IMG/VR virus record: IMGVR_UViG_2700989080_000001
Span: 1 to 64,000 of that record
Source of the DNA: a virus
Lineage: Duplodnaviria > Caudoviricetes
Reading direction: 5' to 3' (one strand)
Length of the DNA stretch: 64,000 nt
Made by a program: the position numbers and the translations under genes. The notes under the pieces were generated by a model. That model ran no database searches and was not told the DNA's origin. It saw nothing but the letters and a program-made list of their open reading frames with translations. This document shows, one piece after another, positions 10,518 through 19,848 of the stretch. Position 1 is the first letter of the stretch; every line of letters starts with the position of its first letter.

Positions 10518-11354
10518 ATGCCGACAATCAGACACCGCCGAGCTTCAAAAGCTCAGTGGGAAGCGTTAAACCCTGTTCTCGCTTCTGGCGAAATCGGATA
10601 CGAGATGGGAACCAACAAACTCAAGGTTGGTGATGGTCTAACCGCTTGGAAAGATCTCACCTACTTCATCGATGAGACGTTCGTTCGCAGTTTGATCGGG
10701 TCGGGTGGCGGAGGTGGTGGGGCTTCAATCGACGACAACGCGATCGCCACTACCACTTCTTGGTCTTCAAAGAAAACGTCTGATGAATTGGCTGGAAAAG
10801 CCAACGACTTGTTTGTCATAATGGATCCCTTGACGGGCGAATTCGTCAATGTCGTGACTGGAGAGGTTGTCGACATCCCCCTTCCCGGTACTCCGGGACA
10901 TGAAGATCTTGATTTCTATAGTCTTCAACTTGGTCTAGCGATGGCTTATGACATGGCCGTTAATGCCCGACCGAAGTATGTGGAAACACACAATCTTGTT
11001 CCGGGACCCATCTCTATTGGTCCCGCACCAAAAATTCATGCTTTTTGGGGAAACCCAGCTCTTGCAAGTAGTAGCGTCAACATGAATAGCTGCGAGTTCT
11101 TGTCGATCTTCCTGACAAAACCGTCGACTTCTGGTCCGATTCGATTTCGAGTCATTGGTCCAGGGTCTTACGACCCAACAGTCTTCGAAATACCTGAGGG
11201 TGTGACTGAGGTCTTTTACGACATAGACGTTATTCCAAGGAATGAACGTCCTACTTATTCAGCCTACACGCAAAATCAATATGTGACGGTAGAAATTCTA
11301 GAAGCTGGGGTCGGAGCAGAAGACTTCATAGTAAGAGCCGCTCGCCTTGACTAA
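10518..11354 (+). CDS. Mtd-type N-term minor tail/fibre protein
   Basis: Sixth copy of the shared N-terminal module; SWSSKK fibre motif. Confidence 0.65.
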   Translation: MPTIRHRRASKAQWEALNPVLASGEIGYEMGTNKLKVGDGLTAWKDLTYFIDETFVRSLIGSGGGGGGASIDDNAIATTTSWSSKKTSDELAGKANDLFVIMDPLTGEFVNVVTGEVVDIPLPGTPGHEDLDFYSLQLGLAMAYDMAVNARPKYVETHNLVPGPISIGPAPKIHAFWGNPALASSSVNMNSCEFLSIFLTKPSTSGPIRFRVIGPGSYDPTVFEIPEGVTEVFYDIDVIPRNERPTYSAYTQNQYVTVEILEAGVGAEDFIVRAARLD

Positions 11355-11373
11355 GATCAAACGATAAGGAAGA

Positions 11374-11601
11374 TTGATGGAACTCACATTTACCATCCCC
11401 GACGAAGAGTATGCTCGTGTCGGAAAAGCTTTCTGTGAGATGGTTGGTCATGAGCCTTGTGGCACTCAAGAGTGTCTACTCTTAGGTGTGACGCGAATTG
11501 TTATCGGGCGTGTGACTCGTCACGAGATTTTCAAAGCCGAGAAAGAAGCCCGAAGCGGAATTCCTCCGTTGAACATTCTCCCCGAGACGATTCCACAGTA
11601 A
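11374..11601 (+). CDS. Hypothetical protein
   Basis: Fills gap between genes, purine-rich RBS. Confidence 0.45.
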   Translation: MMELTFTIPDEEYARVGKAFCEMVGHEPCGTQECLLLGVTRIVIGRVTRHEIFKAEKEARSGIPPLNILPETIPQ

Positions 11602-11625
11602 CCTGACTATTCAAAGGAGGAACGT

Positions 11626-11982
11626 ATGGCAACTCGCCGCAAGGCTGAACCAAAAGAACAGCCAACTCAATCGCGGCGTCGTCCAGCAACTACTCCCGAA
11701 GCTCGTGAAAACCAACTCATTTCTTTGGCTGTAGATCTGGCGGAGCAGCAGCTCAAGGACGGAACCGCGTCCAGTCAGGTCATCACTCATTATTTGAAGG
11801 CGAGTTCCTCTCGGGAGAAGCTTGAGCAGGAACGTCTTAGGAACGAAAACATCCTTCTCAAGGCCAAGGCTGAAGCTATTGCTTCGCAGAAGCGTATTGA
11901 AGAGATGTACGGTAAGGCCCTCAATGCTATGAGGAGCTACTCCGGACAGAGTCCGATTCAGGGGGATGACGATGAGGATTAG
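11626..11982 (+). CDS. Conserved phage protein, possible terminase small subunit
   Basis: Strong RBS AAAGGAGG; helical protein next to HNH and upstream of terminase; function inferred from position only. Confidence 0.45.
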   Translation: MATRRKAEPKEQPTQSRRRPATTPEARENQLISLAVDLAEQQLKDGTASSQVITHYLKASSSREKLEQERLRNENILLKAKAEAIASQKRIEEMYGKALNAMRSYSGQSPIQGDDDED

Positions 11983-12382
11983 ACGTTATTCTGAGTTAAA
12001 ACAGATTGACACCTTCATCGAGCGCTTCCGATACCTGGCTCTCCCGGGAGACGTCGGCGCTTGCACCTTCGGGTTTGACCGACACATCAATCAAGCATTC
12101 TACCGGTCCACCGAATGGCGTCAGGTCCGACATCACGTGATTTCTCGAGATCTGGGGTGTGATCTCGGAATTGAGAATCGTGAAATCTACGACAAAATTC
12201 TGATTCATCACATGAATCCGATGAACGTCTCCGACATTACCGAAGGTAACGCGGCGATTATCGATCCTGAATTCTTGATCTGCACGTCACACAAAACGCA
12301 CAACGCCATCCACTTCGGCGACGAGAATCAACTGCCGAAACCGATGGTCGAGCGACGGCCCGGAGACACAAAACTCTGGTAA
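11966..12382 (+). CDS. HNH endonuclease
   Basis: FYRSTEW..VR..VI.RD.GC...IHHMNP...LIC...THNAIH. Confidence 0.85.
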   Translation: MTMRIRRYSELKQIDTFIERFRYLALPGDVGACTFGFDRHINQAFYRSTEWRQVRHHVISRDLGCDLGIENREIYDKILIHHMNPMNVSDITEGNAAIIDPEFLICTSHKTHNAIHFGDENQLPKPMVERRPGDTKLW

Positions 12383-12385
12383 GGA

Positions 12386-13237
12386 GTGCACGTGGCGTTT
12401 CAACCTAATCCGGGCCATCGAGGAGATCCGCTATTTTTGGTGGATGTTCTTCGTGCGTTCGGAGTCAAAGTCAAAGAGTTCGAAGCTTGGCGTGATCGTG
12501 GCCAGGGTGATTTCTTCACCATCTGGGGCGTCATCACCCACCATACCGGGTCGAACAATGCGTCGGCCGCATCCATTGCTTACGGTCATGAGGGTTTGAA
12601 GGGACTTCTCTCTCAGATTCATCTGGACCGAAATAGCGTTGCTACCATTACCGGCGCTGGAATTGCTTGGCATGCCGGTGTCGGGTCTTGGCCTGGCATT
12701 CAAACCAACAATGCAAATGCTGTGACAATTGGTGTCGAAGCAAACTCCGATGGTGTTTCTCCTTGGCCTCCAGAGATGCTGGATGCTTACCATCGGATCT
12801 GTGCTGCAATCTGCTGGTTCCTCGGACACTCCTCTCTTCGGACCATCGGCCACAAGGAATGGGCTAAGGTTCAAGGCAAGTGGGATCCGGGTGGCGTCGA
12901 CATGGCGCAGTTCCGTGCCAAAGTTCAGTACTACATCGACCACCCACCGTTCATGCCGCCACCGCGGCCGGTCACCGAAGCAGGAGAAGACATGGCTTTC
13001 TGGGATGATCAAGTAAAGAGTCTGGTTGACCCCAACGTCAGTTACCCCCGACACGTTTTCCTACAGAACATCGACATGCATGCATTCTTTGCAAACATGC
13101 AGTCGAAGAAGACTCTCGAAGAGCTGAAGCTTGTTCGAGATGACAATCAGCGCATCCTGAGCGAGATGCAGCTCATGCGAGACGACATCTCTGAGTTGGC
13201 TACTGCCGTTCTCAGCGGCGTCAAGAAGGACGGTTAA
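12386..13237 (+). CDS. Endolysin (lysin A), N-acetylmuramoyl-L-alanine amidase
   Basis: Amidase_2 motifs HHTG, AWHAG, IGVE, GHKEW, K.DPG. Confidence 0.9.
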   Translation: MHVAFQPNPGHRGDPLFLVDVLRAFGVKVKEFEAWRDRGQGDFFTIWGVITHHTGSNNASAASIAYGHEGLKGLLSQIHLDRNSVATITGAGIAWHAGVGSWPGIQTNNANAVTIGVEANSDGVSPWPPEMLDAYHRICAAICWFLGHSSLRTIGHKEWAKVQGKWDPGGVDMAQFRAKVQYYIDHPPFMPPPRPVTEAGEDMAFWDDQVKSLVDPNVSYPRHVFLQNIDMHAFFANMQSKKTLEELKLVRDDNQRILSEMQLMRDDISELATAVLSGVKKDG

Positions 13238-13239
13238 CA

Positions 13240-13728
13240 ATGGCAACGAACGCTGGCGCATTGACTCTGATTAACGATCTGGTCGAAGAAGTCAAGGCTG
13301 GTGAGACTCCTTTGGCCCGCAAGGCAAACACTGTCACGGCAGCCATCGGCACGGCTCTCACCATCATCCTCGGCGGAATTACTGCCTGGATCGAATCGGG
13401 AACGAACATCCCGTCGTGGCTTCCGGGACTAGTGGTTGTCGTCGGTATGTTGGCCACTACCTTCGGCATTTCCAAGACGAAGAATGGCATGACCGCTTCT
13501 GTGGCCGATAAGCTGCATAGCGAGCTCGCTGCTCGAATCGATTTGAATCACATTCACGAGCCTATCAACACTCGTGAAGCTGTTCTCTTGGCGTCTTCCG
13601 AGGCCGGAGAAGGTCTCGTTGGTGGAACGCCGATCGTTGCTCAGAGTGAGCAGAAGGCGAAGCTTGAGGCCATCGAACTGCGTGACCAGGCCGACGCTCT
13701 CCTCGATCAGCACATCAACAAGTTGTAA
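13240..13728 (+). CDS. Holin
   Basis: Two transmembrane segments, directly after lysin. Confidence 0.75.
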   Translation: MATNAGALTLINDLVEEVKAGETPLARKANTVTAAIGTALTIILGGITAWIESGTNIPSWLPGLVVVVGMLATTFGISKTKNGMTASVADKLHSELAARIDLNHIHEPINTREAVLLASSEAGEGLVGGTPIVAQSEQKAKLEAIELRDQADALLDQHINKL

Positions 13729-13766
13729 CTAGTCAAAATGGGAGTTCGGAGAGGAGGTGACCCCAC

Positions 13767-14114
13767 ATGTTCGATGAAAGCATTCTCACTAGCACCAAGA
13801 AGGTTCTCGGTATCGATGCCGAGTACGACGCATTCGATCTAGATGTAAAGATGCACATCAACTCAGCTTTTGCAACTCTGAATCAACTTGGTGTAGGCCC
13901 CGAAGAGGGGTTTATGATCGAGGATGAGACGGCGACGTGGGGTGACTTCATTGGCGTTGACAAGCGTCTGAACTCGGTTCCGACTTACGTCTACCTCAAG
14001 GTTCGATTGGCATTCGATCCTCCCTCGACTTCGTTCGTTATCGAGTCTCAGAAGAAGCAACTTGAAGAGCTTGAATGGCGACTTAACGTGGTCGTGGAAG
14101 GAGACCGAGTATGA
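13767..14114 (+). CDS. Head-to-tail adaptor-like protein
   Basis: SILTSTKKVLGI...FD.D...HINSAF..L.QLGVGP...FDPP...ELEWRL pattern. Confidence 0.65.
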   Translation: MFDESILTSTKKVLGIDAEYDAFDLDVKMHINSAFATLNQLGVGPEEGFMIEDETATWGDFIGVDKRLNSVPTYVYLKVRLAFDPPSTSFVIESQKKQLEELEWRLNVVVEGDRV

Positions 14115-15727
14115 GTGACAAGCAGACGTGGTGCATCGTAGCTCTTCCCGAAGAAGAAAGCACTGTGTGGCGGGAATCCAGCGAAAAGGTTCCGCACATG
14201 ACGCTTCTCTTCTTGGGTGAACAGGATGACCCCAAGAAGGCTGAGGAGATTGCCACTTTCCTTCAGCATGCAGTAAACACCAGCCTGACCAAGTTCTCGA
14301 TGAGCGTCAAGGAGCGGGGTGTTCTCGGAGAAGAGGATGCCGATGTTCTATTCTTCGACCAGAAGTCTTTGCCGAAGCAGCTTGTGGAATTCCGCAACTT
14401 CCTTCTGAAGGATGCGACAATTCGGTCGTGCTATGATTCGGCTTTCCAGTACCCGTCATGGACGCCCCATCTCACTATGGGATATCCGAAGACGCCGGCG
14501 AAGAAGACCGACGATCATTACCCGGTTCGAACCGTGTACTTCGATCGAATCGCTTTGTGGGTCATGGATTACGATGGACCAACTTTCGATCTCGATTGGG
14601 AGCACGGAGACTACTACTCCGACCCCGAAATGGCTTCAGGAGAAATGGCAATGAGCGGTATGCCGGCCCCGAGCAACTTCCGTCATCTTGGCGTGGGCGG
14701 TAAGCACACTCCTTCTCGCGATCCGCTTCAGACAGCGCTGGTTCCTGCAGCAAAGCGGGCTGAGCGTTCCGCAATCGATATTGCGAATAGCGGAAGCTAC
14801 ATTCAGCACTATGCTTCTGGTAAGCGGTTCGACGATCCGTCCGACCCGGTTTCGCAGCGCTATATTCGAGCGAACCAGCACGCATTCCTTGAGCATCTGA
14901 ACAAGGTTGCTGGCGGCACGAAGTTCGAGCAGGAGAATCGACGGTATGACATCAGCACCACGCCTGACGGCGATTGGGTCTTGTCGACCATTGATCTTCT
15001 GACACATTCGGGCCTCGTCGAGACTCGTATTCGTCCCGTCACTGACGACCGCGGTCGCATTTACAAGTACGACCTGGTTTCCGATGGCCTCGGTCAGGAT
15101 GACGTTCACGGCGCCATGATGCACTACGGCATCAAGGGAATGAAGTGGGGCGTTCGTCGTAAGAGCGGTTCCGATGGAACTGTTGGCGGAAGCTCTGGCG
15201 GAACTCCTTCCAAGAGGCAGCTCAAGAAGCAGTTTCGGGAGGAAGCCAAGGCCGAAGTCGCCAAGTCCAAGCAGGACTCGAAGATTGCAAAGCTCAAGAC
15301 CGACGCCCTCACCAAGGAGCAGGATCGCCGAGAGAGTTTCACTCGACCGGTCACTCCAGACGCTAGGGTTGCGGCTTCGGGTCGAAAGCGGTCTGAGAAG
15401 CACGGTACCGACGCGCTCAGCAACAAGGAGCTCAAGGACCTCGTCGAGCGAATGAATCTCGAGCAGCAGTACGCAAATCTTCAGGCTAACGGTAAGTCGA
15501 AGACTGCTCGACAGGCTGGGCGAGAGTACGTTGGCGACATCATCAAGGATGTCGGGCGAGAGCTGGCGATGGATGCGCTCAAGTTCGCCGCAACAGAAGG
15601 TGTCAAGTACGCCTTCAATCAGGGTCGAACGTCTGCTAGTACTGCTCGAGATCGTCGTCGAGCTAGCGCTAACGCTCAGCGTCTTCCGCAGCTTCAGCTC
15701 GAAGGCCGACGTCAGCTAGGTAGATAG
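14111..15727 (+). CDS. 2H-phosphoesterase domain protein with internal HYGIKGMKWG tag
   Basis: Two HxT motifs (PHMTL, PHLTM) ~90 aa apart; MMHYGIKGMKWG at ~aa 336; basic C-terminus. Confidence 0.75.
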   Translation: MSDKQTWCIVALPEEESTVWRESSEKVPHMTLLFLGEQDDPKKAEEIATFLQHAVNTSLTKFSMSVKERGVLGEEDADVLFFDQKSLPKQLVEFRNFLLKDATIRSCYDSAFQYPSWTPHLTMGYPKTPAKKTDDHYPVRTVYFDRIALWVMDYDGPTFDLDWEHGDYYSDPEMASGEMAMSGMPAPSNFRHLGVGGKHTPSRDPLQTALVPAAKRAERSAIDIANSGSYIQHYASGKRFDDPSDPVSQRYIRANQHAFLEHLNKVAGGTKFEQENRRYDISTTPDGDWVLSTIDLLTHSGLVETRIRPVTDDRGRIYKYDLVSDGLGQDDVHGAMMHYGIKGMKWGVRRKSGSDGTVGGSSGGTPSKRQLKKQFREEAKAEVAKSKQDSKIAKLKTDALTKEQDRRESFTRPVTPDARVAASGRKRSEKHGTDALSNKELKDLVERMNLEQQYANLQANGKSKTARQAGREYVGDIIKDVGRELAMDALKFAATEGVKYAFNQGRTSASTARDRRRASANAQRLPQLQLEGRRQLGR

Positions 15728-15743
15728 GGAAAGGTAATTTGCG

Positions 15744-17489
15744 ATGGGGTTGTCGAACACCGCAGTTCCGATTTACTACGGAAAGTTCCGTGAAGCGGTG
15801 CTCAATGGAGAGATTCCGGTAAACCGAGAGATCTCTATGGAGATGAATCGCATCGACGACCTCATCGCAAATGACAACATCTATTACGATGACCAGGCCG
15901 TCGAAGGATTCATTCGCTATTGCGAAAACGAGATGACCCTGACTGATGGTTCAGATCTTCATCTTTTGGATTCGTTCAAACTTTGGGCCGAACAGATCTT
16001 CGGTTGGTACTACTTCGTCGAACGAAGTGTCTACGAACCTTTCGAAGACAATCACGGTGGGCGGTATGTCAACAAGGTTGTGAAGAAGCGACTGATCACG
16101 AAGCAGTACCTGATCGTTGCCCGAGGCGCAGCCAAGTCACTCTACGAGTCTCTTCTCCAGAGTTACTTCCTCAACGTCGACACGCAGACCACTCACCAGA
16201 TCACTACCTCCCCGACCATGAAACAGTCCGAGGAAGTGATGGCTCCATTCCGAACTGCGATCACTCGTGCAAGAGGACCGCTGTTCGAGTTCCTTACCGA
16301 GGGTTCTATGCAGAACACCACGGGTAATAGGTTCAATAGGCAAAAACTGGCGTCAACCAAGAAGGGTATCGAGAACTTCTTGACTGGCTCCATTCTAGAA
16401 GTTCGCCCGATGTCCATCAACAAGCTTCAGGGTCTTCGACCCAAGGTCTCCACGGTGGACGAGTGGCTGTCCGGCGACATCCGCGAGGACGTCATCGGTG
16501 CTATCGAGCAGGGTGCATCCAAGCTTGACGACTACTTGATTGTGGCTGTCAGTTCAGAGGGCACTGTTCGAAACGGCTCGGGCGACACTATCAAAATGGA
16601 ACTTGCAGACATCCTTAAGGGTGAGTATTCTGCACCCCACGTCTCCATCTGGCATTACAAGTTGGACAATCTCGAAGAGGTTGCTCGACCTGAGATGTGG
16701 TTGAAGGCAAACCCCAACCTCGGTAAGACCGTAACTTACGAAACTTACCAGTTGGATGTAGAACGAGCTGAGAAAGCACCTGCATCTCGAAACGATATCT
16801 TGGCTAAGCGATTCGGAATCCCTATGGAGGGTTACACCTACTTCTTCACTTACGAAGAGACGATTCCTCATCGTCGTCAAAGCTTCTGGCGCCAGCCTTG
16901 TGCTCTAGGCGCTGACCTTTCGCAGGGTGACGACTTCTGTGCGTTCACTTTCTTCTTCCCGCTTCGTAACGGGAAGTTCGGAGTCAAGACTCGCAGCTAC
17001 ATCACCGAACTTACGTTGATGAAGTTGCCTGGCGCTCTCCGACACAAGTACGACGAGTTCGTTGCTGAAGGCAGCTTGCACGTCATGCCCGGCACTATCT
17101 TGGAGATGATGGACGTCTATGACGACCTCGACAATCATATCCAAGACTGCGAGTACGATGTCCGAGCTTTGGGCTTCGACCCGTACAACGCAAAAGAGTT
17201 CGTTGCCCGCTGGGAAGCTGAGAACGGACCATTCGGCATCGAGAAGGTTATCCAGGGTTCCAAGACCGAATCGGTTCCTCTGGGTGAGCTCAAGATTCTG
17301 AGTGAAGAGCGTTGTCTGATCTTCGACGAGAGCCTGATGTCTTTCACGATGGGTAACGCCATCACTCTGGAAGACACGAATGGTAACCGAAAGCTTCTCA
17401 AGAAGCGACAGGAAGAGAAGATCGATAACGTCGCAGCCATGATGGATGCTTACATCGCCTACAAGGCGAACAAGGACGCATTCAACTAA
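15744..17489 (+). CDS. terL: Terminase large subunit
   Basis: Walker A VARGAAKS, Walker B STVDE, nuclease GADLS, KIDNVAA. Confidence 0.92.
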   Translation: MGLSNTAVPIYYGKFREAVLNGEIPVNREISMEMNRIDDLIANDNIYYDDQAVEGFIRYCENEMTLTDGSDLHLLDSFKLWAEQIFGWYYFVERSVYEPFEDNHGGRYVNKVVKKRLITKQYLIVARGAAKSLYESLLQSYFLNVDTQTTHQITTSPTMKQSEEVMAPFRTAITRARGPLFEFLTEGSMQNTTGNRFNRQKLASTKKGIENFLTGSILEVRPMSINKLQGLRPKVSTVDEWLSGDIREDVIGAIEQGASKLDDYLIVAVSSEGTVRNGSGDTIKMELADILKGEYSAPHVSIWHYKLDNLEEVARPEMWLKANPNLGKTVTYETYQLDVERAEKAPASRNDILAKRFGIPMEGYTYFFTYEETIPHRRQSFWRQPCALGADLSQGDDFCAFTFFFPLRNGKFGVKTRSYITELTLMKLPGALRHKYDEFVAEGSLHVMPGTILEMMDVYDDLDNHIQDCEYDVRALGFDPYNAKEFVARWEAENGPFGIEKVIQGSKTESVPLGELKILSEERCLIFDESLMSFTMGNAITLEDTNGNRKLLKKRQEEKIDNVAAMMDAYIAYKANKDAFN

Positions 17490-17507
17490 TCGAGAAAGGT
17501 GTCTCCA

Positions 17508-17648
17508 ATGTCTGATTTGGGATACTCCGCAATCAAGAGAAGCCCTGAAAAGCATCTCTTTGCTTTCGCTCTTTCGAGCCTACCCAACCCCGACGACGTT
17601 GTAATTGACGGCGACAGCAGTGAAGGAGAGATCGATGGAAACGCTTGA
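17508..17648 (+). CDS. Small hypothetical protein (46 aa, not in ORF track)
   Basis: GAAAGGTG RBS; MSDLGYSAIKRS...GNA*. Confidence 0.4.
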   Translation: MSDLGYSAIKRSPEKHLFAFALSSLPNPDDVVIDGDSSEGEIDGNA

Positions 17649-18006
17649 TGCTGAGGACTTCCTTGCTCACTACGGTGTTAAGGGGATGAAGTGGGGCCAG
17701 ACTCGCTCCAAGAGTGATCTGGTCAAGGCTCGCGCTGCTGGTCGTCGCGAGTTCGGTTCAAATCTCAAGGATCGCTACACCAAGACCGGCAAGTATGGTC
17801 AAACGAAGATCAAGAAGACCAAGGCTGTCGGAACTGTCGCCGATATTATGCTTACCGGCGGCATGTACACCGGAGTTCAGATTGCACGATCTGGCGGCTT
17901 TACTCGAGGACAGTCTGCAGTCATCGGCATGATCACTGGTCCTGTCGGCGCCACGGTTGCAAGCGAGATTCGAGTTCGTACTGTCACCAGCCGGGATGCT
18001 CGCTAA
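17635..18006 (+). CDS. HYGVKGMKWG-tag protein
   Basis: FLAHYGVKGMKWG near the N-terminus; AAGGAG RBS before ATG 17635. Confidence 0.7.
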   Translation: METLDAEDFLAHYGVKGMKWGQTRSKSDLVKARAAGRREFGSNLKDRYTKTGKYGQTKIKKTKAVGTVADIMLTGGMYTGVQIARSGGFTRGQSAVIGMITGPVGATVASEIRVRTVTSRDAR

Positions 18007-18027
18007 GCTTTCGAGGGAGTCATTCCA

Positions 18028-18864
18028 ATGAGTAACGAAGTGGACAACTTCCTTGCTCACTACGGTGTCAAGGGAATGAAGTGGGGTGTCACAAAAGATC
18101 AACATCGCGAGTACAAAGAAGTTGCTTCTCGTGACACCACTAACATGGTCAAGCGTGCTGGTTCGACAGTGCAGATGACTCGCTATTTCTCTCAGGGCGG
18201 CACTCTGAAGAAGCAGCAGAAGTACACGAAGGATTGGTACGACAAACTCGAAGGCGGCAAGGAATTCATCGAAAAGGGTGCTTCTCTGAATCGCGTTGTT
18301 CGAGGTGTCGATGACAGAGCCCTCGCCGGGCGCTTGTATGTCTCAAGTCTGAAGAGTGACAACGAGATGTACAAGGCTGTCATTCCTGCCGTTCAAAAGA
18401 AGTTCGCTTTTGGTCAGAAGCAGTACCACTCGGTTTACCAGGTGGAGCTCGAAACCAAGAAGCGATTGGCGATGCCGTCTCAGAAGGAGCGTGTCGACGC
18501 CTTCATCGAAACCATTCAAACGCCTACTGGCCGAGACTGGATGAAGAAGAACGGCTACAAGCGCGAGATCGATGAGCTTAACGCCAAGGAGATGGGGCTT
18601 AAGGCATACAAGAAGTTCAACAAGTATGCCGGAGACCAGGGCTCTAAGATGAACGACGCTTACTTCAACAAACTCAAGTCTCGCGGCTATGATGCTCTCA
18701 TCGATGACAACGATGCGGGCATTTGGAGTAAGAAGCCGATGATCCTGCTGTCGCCGAGTAGTACGGTCAAAGTCAAGAGTGTTCGTCAGCTTACCGCCGA
18801 CGAGATCAATCAGGCTCAGCGAAACGTTCTCAAGGACCGTGACTTCAAAGAGAGGAGGTCGTGA
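18028..18864 (+). CDS. HYGVKGMKWG-tag protein with possible ADP-ribosyltransferase-like domain
   Basis: Tag plus RLYVS...VYQVEL...P...GYDALIDDND...PMILLSP. Confidence 0.6.
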   Translation: MSNEVDNFLAHYGVKGMKWGVTKDQHREYKEVASRDTTNMVKRAGSTVQMTRYFSQGGTLKKQQKYTKDWYDKLEGGKEFIEKGASLNRVVRGVDDRALAGRLYVSSLKSDNEMYKAVIPAVQKKFAFGQKQYHSVYQVELETKKRLAMPSQKERVDAFIETIQTPTGRDWMKKNGYKREIDELNAKEMGLKAYKKFNKYAGDQGSKMNDAYFNKLKSRGYDALIDDNDAGIWSKKPMILLSPSSTVKVKSVRQLTADEINQAQRNVLKDRDFKERRS

Positions 18865-19847
18865 TGAGCAATAGCGCAGATGACTTCCTCGCCCACTATG
18901 GTGTCAAGGGAATGAAGTGGGGCGTAAAGCGCTCACAGGCTCAACTAGATCGAGCTGCTGGCGGTCGTCAAAATGGGAGTGGCGGAGCATCTGATTCTGC
19001 ACCCAAGCAGGGGATGAGTCGTAAGAAGAAGATCGCTATCGGTGCTGGAGTTGTTGGTGGTGTAGCCCTGGTTGCTCTAGGCGCCTATGCCGTCAACAAG
19101 CAGATCGATACGAACAAACTTCGAACTCTTGGCGAGATGCGAAAGCAGGCCGAAGCAAATTTGGCCGGCAAGAAGGCTGCTCAAGCGCAGATCCAAGCGT
19201 TTGGTAAGAAGTCGAAGTGGGAGCTTGCGTCGGAACTTCCGGCAAAACCCAAAAAGTCGCCCATGACTCAGGCCGAGTACAAAGCTCAGGCGCAGGCCAA
19301 GGTTCAGGCTCGGACAAACGAACTGATCGCCAAGTCGGGATCGAAGCCGATGGGTAAGGCGGCGCGTAGAAAGGCTGCCGAACAGCAAGCTATTCAGGAA
19401 CACTTCAACAAGTTCGCCAAGAAGTCGTTCTTGGATCTCGCCACCGAACTTCCTTCCGCCCCGAAGCAGCCTAAGCTGTCTCGAAAGGAAGCGAATCGTC
19501 GCACCAACGAGGCGGTTCGAAAGGCAACTGAAACCCAGCAGATCAACAACAGGTTGAATGCTGTTCGAGGAATCCTTGACAAGTCGGGGTCGACTCCGGC
19601 ACGAAAGGCGAGTTCCTCGTACACCAATCGGGACCGAAAGAGCGACACCAAGCTCTATGGTAACGAAGGTGCTGCGAGAATTCAGAAGCGGGTTGCCAAG
19701 GGGACGCTCCTTTCCGAAGCTCGACGCAAGGAAGCCACTCGACAGTACGGCGTTAAAGCTGCACGAGTTGGGTTGAACATCAACTCGGCAGGGCGTCGTG
19801 AGTCGAAGGACTACGAGCGTCTTCGGAAGCAAGCCGGAAGGGGTTAG
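18861..19847 (+). CDS. HYGVKGMKWG-tag protein, hydrophobic helix + basic repeats
   Basis: Tag; IAIGAGVVGGVALVALGAY; repeated KKSxxxLAxELP. Confidence 0.7.
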   Translation: MMSNSADDFLAHYGVKGMKWGVKRSQAQLDRAAGGRQNGSGGASDSAPKQGMSRKKKIAIGAGVVGGVALVALGAYAVNKQIDTNKLRTLGEMRKQAEANLAGKKAAQAQIQAFGKKSKWELASELPAKPKKSPMTQAEYKAQAQAKVQARTNELIAKSGSKPMGKAARRKAAEQQAIQEHFNKFAKKSFLDLATELPSAPKQPKLSRKEANRRTNEAVRKATETQQINNRLNAVRGILDKSGSTPARKASSSYTNRDRKSDTKLYGNEGAARIQKRVAKGTLLSEARRKEATRQYGVKAARVGLNINSAGRRESKDYERLRKQAGRG

Positions 19848-19848
19848 G

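Noticed and set aside
115-11354. Diversity-generating retroelement suggested by Mtd-type N-termini
   Set aside because: No reverse transcriptase ORF and no template/variable repeat pair with adenine-specific mismatches seen; only the N-terminal anchor is shared.
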